Positions 30,410-38,550 of a DNA stretch of 53,221 nucleotides are shown here, piece after piece. The DNA lies in contig UYFQ01000007.1 in the NCBI GenBank assembly GCA_900617105.1, forward strand, positions 1 through 53,221, given 5' to 3'. The stretch is from Hydrurus foetidus (taxonomy: Eukaryota). The notes under the pieces were generated by a model, which was given only the letters and a program-made list of their open reading frames with translations, did not search any database and had not been told where the DNA came from. Each line of letters starts with the position of its first letter. The stretch's first letter is position 1. The position numbers and the translations under genes are program-made.

Positions 30410-32719
30410 TTAGACGCTCAGCCGTTGATCCGTCCAGTGCGCGTGGATGAACTGCTCAAAATCGGCTGCGGGCAGTGGGCGGCCAAACAAATAGCCCTGG
30501 TAGGCATCGCAGCCTTGTGCAGCCAAAAATTCACGTTGCGCTTGTGTTTCCACGCCCTCGGCAATCACCGTTAGCCCCAGGCTGTGGCCCAGGGTGATGA
30601 CGGTACGGGCGATGGCCGCGTCGTTCGGGTCGAACGTCAGATCGCGCACAAAGGATTGGTCAATTTTGAGCTGGTCAAGTGGCAAGCGCTTCAGGTAGCT
30701 GAGCGACGAGTAGCCGGTGCCGAAATCATCCAGCGAAAACCCCACGCCGCTGGCTTTGAGTGCCGTCATTTTGGCGATAGTTTCCTCCACATCGTTGACC
30801 AACATGCTTTCGGTCAGCTCCAGTTTCAGGCGGTGCGGATTGGCCCCGCTGCGTGTCAGTACGCCCAGCACAAAGGCCACAAAATCAGGTTGACGAAACT
30901 GCCGCGCACTCACATTGACGGCCAGCGTGAGGTGACGGGCTGCGGGGTCGCTGGCCCACATCACCAAACGGGCGCACGCCGTTTCCAGTACCCACTCGCC
31001 TAATGGGATGATGAGGCCAGTATCCTCCGCCAAGGGGATGAAGTCGGCTGGCGAGACCATGCCGCGCTGCGGCTGTTTCCAGCGCAGCAGCACTTCCGCG
31101 CCGATGGTGTGCCCCTCGCGGTTGATTTGCCCTTGGTAGTGCAGCACAAACTCGTCTTTTTGGATGCCCAGCCGAAGGTCGTTTTCCAGCCCCACCCGTG
31201 CGCTGACCACGGCTTGCATCGCCGGGTCAAAAAAGCGCAGCGTGTTGCGCCCAGCTGTTTTGGACTGGTACATGGCCAAGTCGGCTTGCTTCAGCAAATC
31301 TTCCATCGTGTCTTGGTGCCCGCTGTACAGCGTCACGCCGATGCTGGGGGTGATGTTCACATCGTGTTCCAGCAAGCGGTAGGGCTGGTTGATGGCCGCC
31401 AGCACCTTTTCGCCCACCATGCGGGCCTGAGCCAAGGCCTCGGGGGTGTCTTTGCTGAGAGATTCCAGCATCACCACAAATTCATCGCCACCGAGCCGGG
31501 CCACTGTGTCGCCTTCACGCATGCAGGCGCTTAAGCGCCGGCCAACTTGCTCTAGCAACAGATCCCCTACGCCGTGGCCCAAGGTGTCGTTCAAAGTTTT
31601 GAAGTTGTCCAAATCAATGAACTGCAACGCCCCGTGCTGGCCGCTGCGCGCGCTCAACGCCAGCGCTTGTTGCAGGCGGTCTTGTAGCAAGCGGCGGTTG
31701 GGCAGTTTTGTCAGGGGGTCGTAAAAGGCCAGTTGCTTGACCTCGGTCAGCGTGGCTTGCAGCTCATTTTGTGTGCTGACCATCTCGTGTGTACGGCGGT
31801 CTACCAACAATTCCAAGCTGACTTTATGTTGCTTGAGTGTGAGCAGCAAGTGGGTGGCGTAGGTTAATACCAAGCTGAAAATCAAGCCCAGTGCCCCTTC
31901 TTGTAGCAGGTCGGCCAGGTTGCGCCAACCCGTGGTGGGCGTGACTTCCAACGTCCAGGTGCTGTTGGGCACGATCAGTTGCTGGCTCACGGGGGATGTG
32001 CCTAACGGAGCCACCGATTCAGCTATCACCTGTTTACGACGGGTAACAGGGTCAGTGCGCCACAGCTGGTAACTCAGACCTTGTTCTTCGAGTTGCGCCA
32101 AGCGAACGCCTTCAATCGCTTCAGGAAAATACAAAACAGCAGAGACAAATCCCCAAAAAACGTGTTGACTCTCAGGGGGGGCGTTGTGTAAAAAAATCGG
32201 CAAACGTGCTACCAACCCCATCCGTCCTTGCACCAATTTCAGCGGCCCTGCCAGCGTCAGTTGCTCAGTGTCCTTGGCTAAAAAGGCTTCGCGGCTTTGC
32301 AAGGGGTCTTTCAGTTGGTCGAATCCAACTACACGCTCATTGCCTTGCAAAGGAAAAACCTTCTCGGCCACGCCACCCGGCGAGAGGCTCATCATTTTGA
32401 TGCTGGGGTACAGGGGCAAAATTTGCTCCATCACGCCCTCAAAGTCTGGCATCTTGCCCTTGCTTTGGCGCACCATAGCCCCTACCGCGTGGGTGACCGA
32501 CAGCGCGTTCGCGATGGTGGTTTGAATCGCGTAGGTTTTATCGCTTGCTAAGGCTCCCAAACGAATGCGCTCAGCTTGCATTTGCTGTTGCTCTAGCCGC
32601 CAAATGAAGGTGCTGACCATCAGCATCGAGGTGATAAACACCAGCAGTACGATGGTTATTTCCCGCCGAGCGAGGGTGAATATAAAGTCTGTTCGGATTT
32701 TTTGAAACATCATGGCCAC
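30410..32719 (-). CDS. CHASE-like sensor / GGDEF / EAL c-di-GMP enzyme
   Basis: TM-periplasmic (LAGPLKLVQG)-TM, GGDEF, EVL, DDFGTGYSSL, AEGVE. Confidence 0.9.
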   Translation of the reverse strand: MAMMFQKIRTDFIFTLARREITIVLLVFITSMLMVSTFIWRLEQQQMQAERIRLGALASDKTYAIQTTIANALSVTHAVGAMVRQSKGKMPDFEGVMEQILPLYPSIKMMSLSPGGVAEKVFPLQGNERVVGFDQLKDPLQSREAFLAKDTEQLTLAGPLKLVQGRMGLVARLPIFLHNAPPESQHVFWGFVSAVLYFPEAIEGVRLAQLEEQGLSYQLWRTDPVTRRKQVIAESVAPLGTSPVSQQLIVPNSTWTLEVTPTTGWRNLADLLQEGALGLIFSLVLTYATHLLLTLKQHKVSLELLVDRRTHEMVSTQNELQATLTEVKQLAFYDPLTKLPNRRLLQDRLQQALALSARSGQHGALQFIDLDNFKTLNDTLGHGVGDLLLEQVGRRLSACMREGDTVARLGGDEFVVMLESLSKDTPEALAQARMVGEKVLAAINQPYRLLEHDVNITPSIGVTLYSGHQDTMEDLLKQADLAMYQSKTAGRNTLRFFDPAMQAVVSARVGLENDLRLGIQKDEFVLHYQGQINREGHTIGAEVLLRWKQPQRGMVSPADFIPLAEDTGLIIPLGEWVLETACARLVMWASDPAARHLTLAVNVSARQFRQPDFVAFVLGVLTRSGANPHRLKLELTESMLVNDVEETIAKMTALKASGVGFSLDDFGTGYSSLSYLKRLPLDQLKIDQSFVRDLTFDPNDAAIARTVITLGHSLGLTVIAEGVETQAQREFLAAQGCDAYQGYLFGRPLPAADFEQFIHAHWTDQRLSV

Positions 32720-32728
32720 TCTTATGGG

Positions 32729-33787
32729 CTAAACGCCGGAGCGTGGTGTCTTGTCCGTATTGACCCTGTTGCAGATATCGGCAGCCGCAGGCCAGCTGTG
32801 TTCGCCGTAGCTGACGCACCGTGCCGCCCACACCGCCTGCACCACGGCCCGTGCGGTGACTTCAGCGGCCAGCGTACTCAGCACCATCATGCCCATGGTC
32901 TTGCCCGATTGGCCTGTGCCCAGCGCAAACAACGTATCGCCATCCGACATCGTATGCACAGGGTTGATGCTGCGTGCCAAGCCATCATGGGCGACTTGCG
33001 CCAACCGGTGCGCCTGCGCCTTGGTCAGTATTGCATCGGTAGCGATCACGCCCAGCGTGGTGTTGGTGCCTGCCAGCAAGGGCTTGGGCGCATCGCCCGC
33101 CAAAATGGCATCGCGGATGTTCAGCAGAGACAAGCCATCCACGGTGCGAGCCCCCGCAATCACGTCGCCGGTGCGCGGGTCAACCACATCACCGAGCGCA
33201 TTCACGGCGACGATGGCCCCCACCGTCACACCGTCCAGCGTGACAGACGCACTGCCGATACCGCCTTTCATAGCCCGCCCAATGCCAAACAGTTTGCCCA
33301 CCAGCGCACCCGCACCCGCGCCCACATTGCCCTGCGCGGGTACAGCGCGGCTGGCCGCCATGCAGGCTTGGTAGCCCGCTTGCGCGTCAGGCCGAATGCG
33401 GTAATCGCCCACAGGCAGATCGAACAATACCGCCGCAGGCACGATGGGCACCAGCCCATAGTTCACCGACAGGCCGACGCCCTGTTCCTCCAGCCACCGC
33501 ATCACCCCGCCTGCAGCGTCCAAGCCCCAAGCGCTGCCACCGGCGAGCGTGATGGCGTGAACGCGCTCCACCAGATTGCTGGGGTGCAGTAAATCTGTTT
33601 CTCGCGTACCGGGCGCCGCGCCACGCACGTCCACGCCTGCCACCGCGCCTTCGCGGGCGATGATGACGGTGCAGCCCGTCGGGCGGCGTGGGTCGGTGAA
33701 GTGGCCGACTTCGATGCCCAGCACTTGGGTGATCGCCCCAGGGTCTGGGGTGATGAGGGGGGTGTGTGAGGCTTGGTTTGTATTCAC
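32729..33787 (-). CDS. P1/S58 family peptidase (Asn-Thr cleavage type)
   Basis: DVRGAAPGTRET, GGSAWGL, KGGIGSAS, NTT, HTMSDGD. Confidence 0.87.
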   Translation of the reverse strand: MNTNQASHTPLITPDPGAITQVLGIEVGHFTDPRRPTGCTVIIAREGAVAGVDVRGAAPGTRETDLLHPSNLVERVHAITLAGGSAWGLDAAGGVMRWLEEQGVGLSVNYGLVPIVPAAVLFDLPVGDYRIRPDAQAGYQACMAASRAVPAQGNVGAGAGALVGKLFGIGRAMKGGIGSASVTLDGVTVGAIVAVNALGDVVDPRTGDVIAGARTVDGLSLLNIRDAILAGDAPKPLLAGTNTTLGVIATDAILTKAQAHRLAQVAHDGLARSINPVHTMSDGDTLFALGTGQSGKTMGMMVLSTLAAEVTARAVVQAVWAARCVSYGEHSWPAAADICNRVNTDKTPRSGV

Positions 33788-33847
33788 AGCCCGATTATGG
33801 GATATGGGTTGAATGAAACTAGGGTAAGGGTATTTATACCCGGCCCT

Positions 33848-34255
33848 TCAACTGCTGAGCCAAGGCTGCACAAACGCGAACCAGCCTCCCACCAGGTACA
33901 CCAGCACACTGAAACCGTACACCGCTGCCGACACTTTGCGGGTGCGCAGGCAGGCGTGGCGCAACGCGGGGTCTGTCGGGCAGGGTGCGCTGCGGCCCGA
34001 CCATTGCAGGGTGCCTGCTGCTGCCAGCATCAGGCCCGCAAAGCCAAAGAGGCCTTCTTTGTGCTCGCTCAGCCAGACCAGTTGCGGCACTGCAGCCACC
34101 AGAGACGACAGAGCCGCCCCAGCACCCAGGGCCACCAGCAGGGCGGGCAGGGCGCAGCAGACCAAGGTGCTGCTGCTGGCGAACAGGCTGGCAACGGACG
34201 ACCACAGGTTGCTACGGCCGAGCGAGCTGCCGTCGCCCATGTCACCGGGTTTCAT
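33848..34255 (-). CDS. MerT-like three-TM metal transporter
   Basis: CC pair in TM1 (LVCCALP), CP..C in loop, three hydrophobic segments. Confidence 0.65.
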   Translation of the reverse strand: MKPGDMGDGSSLGRSNLWSSVASLFASSSTLVCCALPALLVALGAGAALSSLVAAVPQLVWLSEHKEGLFGFAGLMLAAAGTLQWSGRSAPCPTDPALRHACLRTRKVSAAVYGFSVLVYLVGGWFAFVQPWLSS

Positions 34256-34596
34256 CGTTTGGCCTTGGTATCGGCTTTGATTTCAGCCACCGAGCGCGGC
34301 ACGTTTTCTAGCTTTACCACGTCATAACCGGCTTCGGTGATCTCGGTGCTGATCGTTTGGGTGTCCAGCTTTTGACCGTCTTTGGGTTCCACCGCAACGA
34401 CTTTGTTCTTCAAATCGACAAACACCGCTTTGGTGGCAGGCAGGGCGGACAGGCGTTTTTCGATGCCTTGGGCGCAGAAGGCGCAAACCATGCCGTTCAC
34501 GGTGACGCGCACCGATTCAGCCGCATATGCAGAAGAAAAAAGACCATTGTTGCATGCCAGTAGGGCTGTAACAGCTATGAATTTGATAGTTTTCAT
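34252..34596 (-). CDS. Exported heavy-metal-associated (HMA, MerP-like) protein
   Basis: Signal peptide ending AYA, GMVCAFC, AGY. Confidence 0.85.
   Translation of the reverse strand: MKTIKFIAVTALLACNNGLFSSAYAAESVRVTVNGMVCAFCAQGIEKRLSALPATKAVFVDLKNKVVAVEPKDGQKLDTQTISTEITEAGYDVVKLENVPRSVAEIKADTKAKR
34531..34592 (-). repeat. In-frame copy of the ~65-bp repeat encoding the signal peptide
   Basis: CTATCAAATTCATAGCTGTTACAGC..ATGC aligns in register with the intergenic copy. Confidence 0.6.
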
Positions 34597-34639
34597 GAGG
34601 TTATCCAAAAGAGAGAAAAGAAAGAAAAAAGGAATGGGG

Positions 34640-35332
34640 CTAAAAGATGTACATCAGGTTGAAGCGCACTTGGGCTGATCGGCTGATGCCCAGCTCGATA
34701 AAGTAGCGCTGGTGAATCAAGCGCAGCATGGGGGTGATTTCGGTTTTGCCCGACAAACCCCGCATGCGCCTGAGTTCGACGATCACCCAGGGCTGGGTTT
34801 CGTCGTAGTCCGCCTCAAAGAGCGAGAAACCAGCCCGCACCGAGGAGTAGTCGTGATTTACTTCTTTGGCGCGGTAAAGCCGAGCGTTGGCCGAAAAGTA
34901 GACCCGGGTGGTTTCATAGTCAAGCTGCATGCCTGGCGTAAGCAAAAGCCGGCTGCTTGTCAGGTTATTGCCTGTGAGCGTGCCCATGCCACCCGTTAGC
35001 CACAGGTTGGCTTGGGCCTCGGGCATGTTCCAGCGTGAGAGCAGTCGGGTAACGTTCACCTCCACGGCTTCGCGGGTGAGGCGTTTGTCGTCTGAGCGCA
35101 TGGTGACACCGCCCACGCCGATGGCATCGCGGGCGGTGAGGGCGTAGTTCACCCAGGTTTCTTGCCAGTTTGGGCTGAAGTCGCCCATCACCATCGTGCT
35201 GCCTTTGAAGCCCATAGGCCCGGCAATCGCTTGGGTGCTGAAGGCAAAGCAGGTGCTGAGGCCGATAGCCCAAGCTGTAGCCCAGGCAGCCCGAATGGGG
35301 TGCGGGCGCTGTGAGGCAATGTGGTTTTTCAT
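34640..35332 (-). CDS. Hypothetical exported protein, probable outer-membrane beta-barrel
   Basis: Signal peptide (AIA), alternating amphipathic strands, C-terminal FNLMYIF. Confidence 0.6.
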   Translation of the reverse strand: MKNHIASQRPHPIRAAWATAWAIGLSTCFAFSTQAIAGPMGFKGSTMVMGDFSPNWQETWVNYALTARDAIGVGGVTMRSDDKRLTREAVEVNVTRLLSRWNMPEAQANLWLTGGMGTLTGNNLTSSRLLLTPGMQLDYETTRVYFSANARLYRAKEVNHDYSSVRAGFSLFEADYDETQPWVIVELRRMRGLSGKTEITPMLRLIHQRYFIELGISRSAQVRFNLMYIF

Positions 35333-35421
35333 GACCATCTTTCCGTGCGAACCCGTGCCGATGACGGGGAACTGACCAACCTGTCCAGCGGGTGTGCTGG
35401 ACGCTTTTTAAAGGGGATTGG

Positions 35422-35844
35422 TTACGCGTTCGGGGGCTTCAAGCCAGCTTGTATGTCGGCACTGGCAAAAGCCACTTGGGTGTGAGGAGCCGCAGGGGGA
35501 TGCGGGGCCAGGGTGCGCTGTACAAGCGTTGAGGCTGGCAATGCCGCTGACACACACAGCTCGCAAGTGTCACAGCCGGTACACGGTGCGCTTTCGGGCG
35601 TATCCGACATTGGCATGGTGCAGCCCGGTGGCATGGCAGGGGTGGATGTGGATGAAGATATGGATGAAAAATAGGCTTCAGTGCTTGCTGTATGGGCGGT
35701 AGAAGCTATCAATTTTGATGGTGAACTGACCGATGCCATCATCCTGCCCCCCATCCCTACCGCCATGGCATCGCCCACCCATGCGCGCAGGGGCAGCAGG
35801 GCGACCAAGGCAATCAGCAAAAGGGGGCGTAAGAAGCGCAGCAT
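35422..35844 (-). CDS. Cys-rich leader-type protein (DUF2946/CutF/CruR-like)
   Basis: Signal-like LLPLRAWVGDAMA, CxxCxxCxxC, FASA..GLKPP C-terminus; paralog of 41838-42194. Confidence 0.72.
   Translation of the reverse strand: MLRFLRPLLLIALVALLPLRAWVGDAMAVGMGGRMMASVSSPSKLIASTAHTASTEAYFSSISSSTSTPAMPPGCTMPMSDTPESAPCTGCDTCELCVSAALPASTLVQRTLAPHPPAAPHTQVAFASADIQAGLKPPNA
35661..35722 (-). repeat. In-frame internal copy of the ~65-bp repeat
   Basis: CCATCAAAATTGATAGCTTCTACCGC..AAGC aligns with the other copies. Confidence 0.65.
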
Positions 35845-35935
35845 GGTCGTGAGAGTACGAATGCGCCCCCAGAGTTCCCGTCCATGAGAGCGTGGTGTCC
35901 GATAATTGAAAATCCATTCTCCGTGCCCATCCTTT

Positions 35936-37069
35936 ATGCCTTTGACCCCCTCTCTCAAGCCGCTGCGCATCGTCCCCCAGTCGAGTGCGCAGCCCACGCT
36001 CTCCAAAGCCCAGCAGGCGTTCAACACCCTGGTCAAAAAGATAGAAATCCGCCGCCATGAGCTGGCGCAGTGGCAGGCCACGGTAGACCAGTACCAGCAA
36101 AAGCTGGCCAGCAGTTACCGTCCCTTGATGACCCGCTTTAACCAGCAAAAGACCGCGTTCGTGTTGGCCTTAGATCAAGCTTTGGGCCACATGGAACAGC
36201 GCAAGGGGCTGACCCGCACCGAGCGCACGGTGGTGGAAGACATCATTTGCAATCTCGCGGAGCAATTGCTGTCGGGGCCAGAGACGCAAGACGATGCCGT
36301 CAAAGAACTCTACAACCGCTACCACGAGGTGGACTTCGACACCCAAGAGGCGCAGGCGGTCAGCGCCTTCAAAGCGGGCCTGGAGCGCGATCTGGGTGTT
36401 GAGCTGGACGACTGGCCCGAAGACGCAACCCCCGCCGAGGTGTTGGCGCAATTGCAAGCCAAAATGACCGGGCTAGAGGACGAGCAGCGCCCCCCACCCA
36501 AAAAGAAAACCGCCAAGCAGCTCGCCCGCGAAGCCAATCAAAAAGCCGAAGAAGACCAGACCAGCCTTTCCATCCGCGAGGTCTACCGCAAACTGGCCAG
36601 CGCCCTGCACCCTGACCGTGAACCTGACGAGGCTGAGCGCGAGCGCAAAACCGGGTTGATGCAGCGTGTCAACCAAGCCTACGCCAAGAAAGATTTGCTC
36701 AAACTGCTGGAGTTGCAACTGGAGCTGGAGCACATCGACGAACACACCATCGCGGGCCTGTCGGAAGACCGCCTCAAGCATTACAGCAAGGTATTGAAAG
36801 AGCAAGTGAAAGAGCTGGAGCAAGAAATCGCCCAGCTGGAGCATCCGCTGAAAGCCCAGTTTCATGTCCACCCGTACCAAACGCTGTCGTACAAGAGCGT
36901 GATGCCCCTGATGATGCGCGACATGGCCGATTTACAGCGCCACATCAACCAAATTAAGCAGGATATGCGGGTGTTGGGCGACCCCCCCGCCTTCAAGGTG
37001 TGGATCAAGGCCTACAAGCGCGAGCTGAAGGCCCACCAAGCAGAGCGCGATGAGTTTGATTTTTTCTGA
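35936..37069 (+). CDS. Coiled-coil protein with internal J-domain
   Basis: IREVYRKLASALHPDR..MQRVNQAY. Confidence 0.82.
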   Translation: MPLTPSLKPLRIVPQSSAQPTLSKAQQAFNTLVKKIEIRRHELAQWQATVDQYQQKLASSYRPLMTRFNQQKTAFVLALDQALGHMEQRKGLTRTERTVVEDIICNLAEQLLSGPETQDDAVKELYNRYHEVDFDTQEAQAVSAFKAGLERDLGVELDDWPEDATPAEVLAQLQAKMTGLEDEQRPPPKKKTAKQLAREANQKAEEDQTSLSIREVYRKLASALHPDREPDEAERERKTGLMQRVNQAYAKKDLLKLLELQLELEHIDEHTIAGLSEDRLKHYSKVLKEQVKELEQEIAQLEHPLKAQFHVHPYQTLSYKSVMPLMMRDMADLQRHINQIKQDMRVLGDPPAFKVWIKAYKRELKAHQAERDEFDFF

Positions 37070-37088
37070 AGCGGCTTGGAGAACCAAG

Positions 37089-37379
37089 CTACTTCGTTGG
37101 AGTTGCTTGCAACGTCAGGATGGTGATGGCTCCATCTACGTTTTCTGCGGTGAACGCCACGCTGTCCCCGGCTTTTAAACCTTCAAGCAGCTTGGTTTCT
37201 TTTACACGGAACACCATCGTCATGCCTGGCATGTCCAGGTTTTTGATGGGGCTGTGTTTGAGGGTTATTTTGCCGTTTTCGGTGTCAATTTTGCGCACTA
37301 CACCGGTAGTCATGTCTGCAGTTTGAGCCATCGCAGCGCTGCTCAGCAGCAGGGTAAGACTTGCAATCCAGAGTTTCAT
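37089..37379 (-). CDS. CusF-like periplasmic copper-binding protein
   Basis: Signal peptide, ITLKH..NLDMPGMTMVF. Confidence 0.88.
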   Translation of the reverse strand: MKLWIASLTLLLSSAAMAQTADMTTGVVRKIDTENGKITLKHSPIKNLDMPGMTMVFRVKETKLLEGLKAGDSVAFTAENVDGAITILTLQATPTK

Positions 37380-37415
37380 GGTGTTTCCTTGGGTGGGTTG
37401 GGGGACGAACAGCGC

Positions 37416-37910
37416 TTATTTGGCAGAAACGGTGATCGTTCCGCGCATGCCGGCTTGGTAGTGCCCGGCGATCAGGCACGCAAAGTCGAACTGGCCGGGT
37501 TTGTTGAACGTCCAGATAATTTCGCCTGATTTAGCGGGGGCGACATGGGCCATATAGGGTTCTTCATGTTCCATCGTGGGGAACTTGACCATCAAAGCGG
37601 CGTGCTCTTCGTTTTCTTTGGTGGTGCCAATCACGAACTCATGCATCACCGCGCCGTCGTTTTTGACGGTAAATTTCACCGTTTCGCCCAGCTTTACCTT
37701 GATTTGGTTCGGTGTGAAGCGCATGGCATCGCTCATGCTGATGGCGACGGTGCGTTTGACGGCTTTGGCATCACCTGCAATCCCCCAGTCTTTTTGCTCT
37801 TTTTTGACAGGGCCAGTTTTGGCGGCATGGGTTTCGTCGCCGTGAGGAAAAGCGAATGTGCTGACACTGCTTATGACGATAGCGAGAAGGGTTGTGCTGA
37901 GGTTATTCAT
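37416..37910 (-). CDS. Periplasmic cupredoxin (CopI/plastocyanin-like)
   Basis: MRFTP, HEFVIG, ACLIAGHYQAGM type-1 Cu ligands. Confidence 0.88.
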   Translation of the reverse strand: MNNLSTTLLAIVISSVSTFAFPHGDETHAAKTGPVKKEQKDWGIAGDAKAVKRTVAISMSDAMRFTPNQIKVKLGETVKFTVKNDGAVMHEFVIGTTKENEEHAALMVKFPTMEHEEPYMAHVAPAKSGEIIWTFNKPGQFDFACLIAGHYQAGMRGTITVSAK

Positions 37911-37939
37911 GTCGATTCCTTAAAAAATGGCTGCTATGG

Positions 37940-38524
37940 TTACTGAGACGATGTTGGGGTGTCGCTGTAGCCACGTAAGACGCTGTACTGCGTAATCTGC
38001 TGTTGGGTGAGCAATTGGGCTTGTTTTAAATGGGTTTCTAAGTGCGCGTTGCGTACTTTCGCCTGTATTTCACCTGTGTGTTGCGTCAGCAAGGTCAATC
38101 GGGTCGTATCAATATGGTGATGGGCAAAAGCTTGATCCAGTTGTCGCTCTGCTTCAACCCATTGCTTGCCGAGTGCGCGAACTTCTGCTTTGTGCTGTGC
38201 CAGAAGCTGCGCGGTGGCTTCGCGCTGTGCTGGTGAGAGGTGCAAGGCATCAGCCAGTTCCAGGGTGTGCATGGGGCCAGGGTAGCCATTGAGTTCAGCT
38301 GCTTTGGCCAGTTCCATACCTTTGCCCGCCAGCATGTCGTTGACTTGGGTGTCTGATAAGGCTTTGATGACGCGCGTTTGTTGTCCTGCATAAGCGTTCG
38401 TTGTCTTCGCTGTATGTTCAAGATCATGCCGATGTTCAAGGGGCACCGATTTTTGGCTGAATGCACTTGCACCGCTTACCAACAGGGCGGTAGCAGCTAT
38501 AAATTTAAGAGTGATTGAACGCAT
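37940..38524 (-). CDS. Spy/CpxP-like periplasmic heavy-metal-associated protein
   Basis: Signal peptide, GMELAKAAELNGYPGP, LTQQQ, helical. Confidence 0.68.
   Translation of the reverse strand: MRSITLKFIAATALLVSGASAFSQKSVPLEHRHDLEHTAKTTNAYAGQQTRVIKALSDTQVNDMLAGKGMELAKAAELNGYPGPMHTLELADALHLSPAQREATAQLLAQHKAEVRALGKQWVEAERQLDQAFAHHHIDTTRLTLLTQHTGEIQAKVRNAHLETHLKQAQLLTQQQITQYSVLRGYSDTPTSSQ
38451..38514 (-). repeat. In-frame copy of the ~65-bp repeat encoding the signal peptide
   Basis: CTCTTAAATTTATAGCTGCTACCGC-N11-GCGGT. Confidence 0.65.
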
Positions 38525-38550
38525 GATTTTCCTTTGAGAGTTGAGTCAAA

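Noticed and set aside
33848..34596. Classical mer operon
   Set aside because: No merA, merR or merD, and no MerR-type promoter recognised
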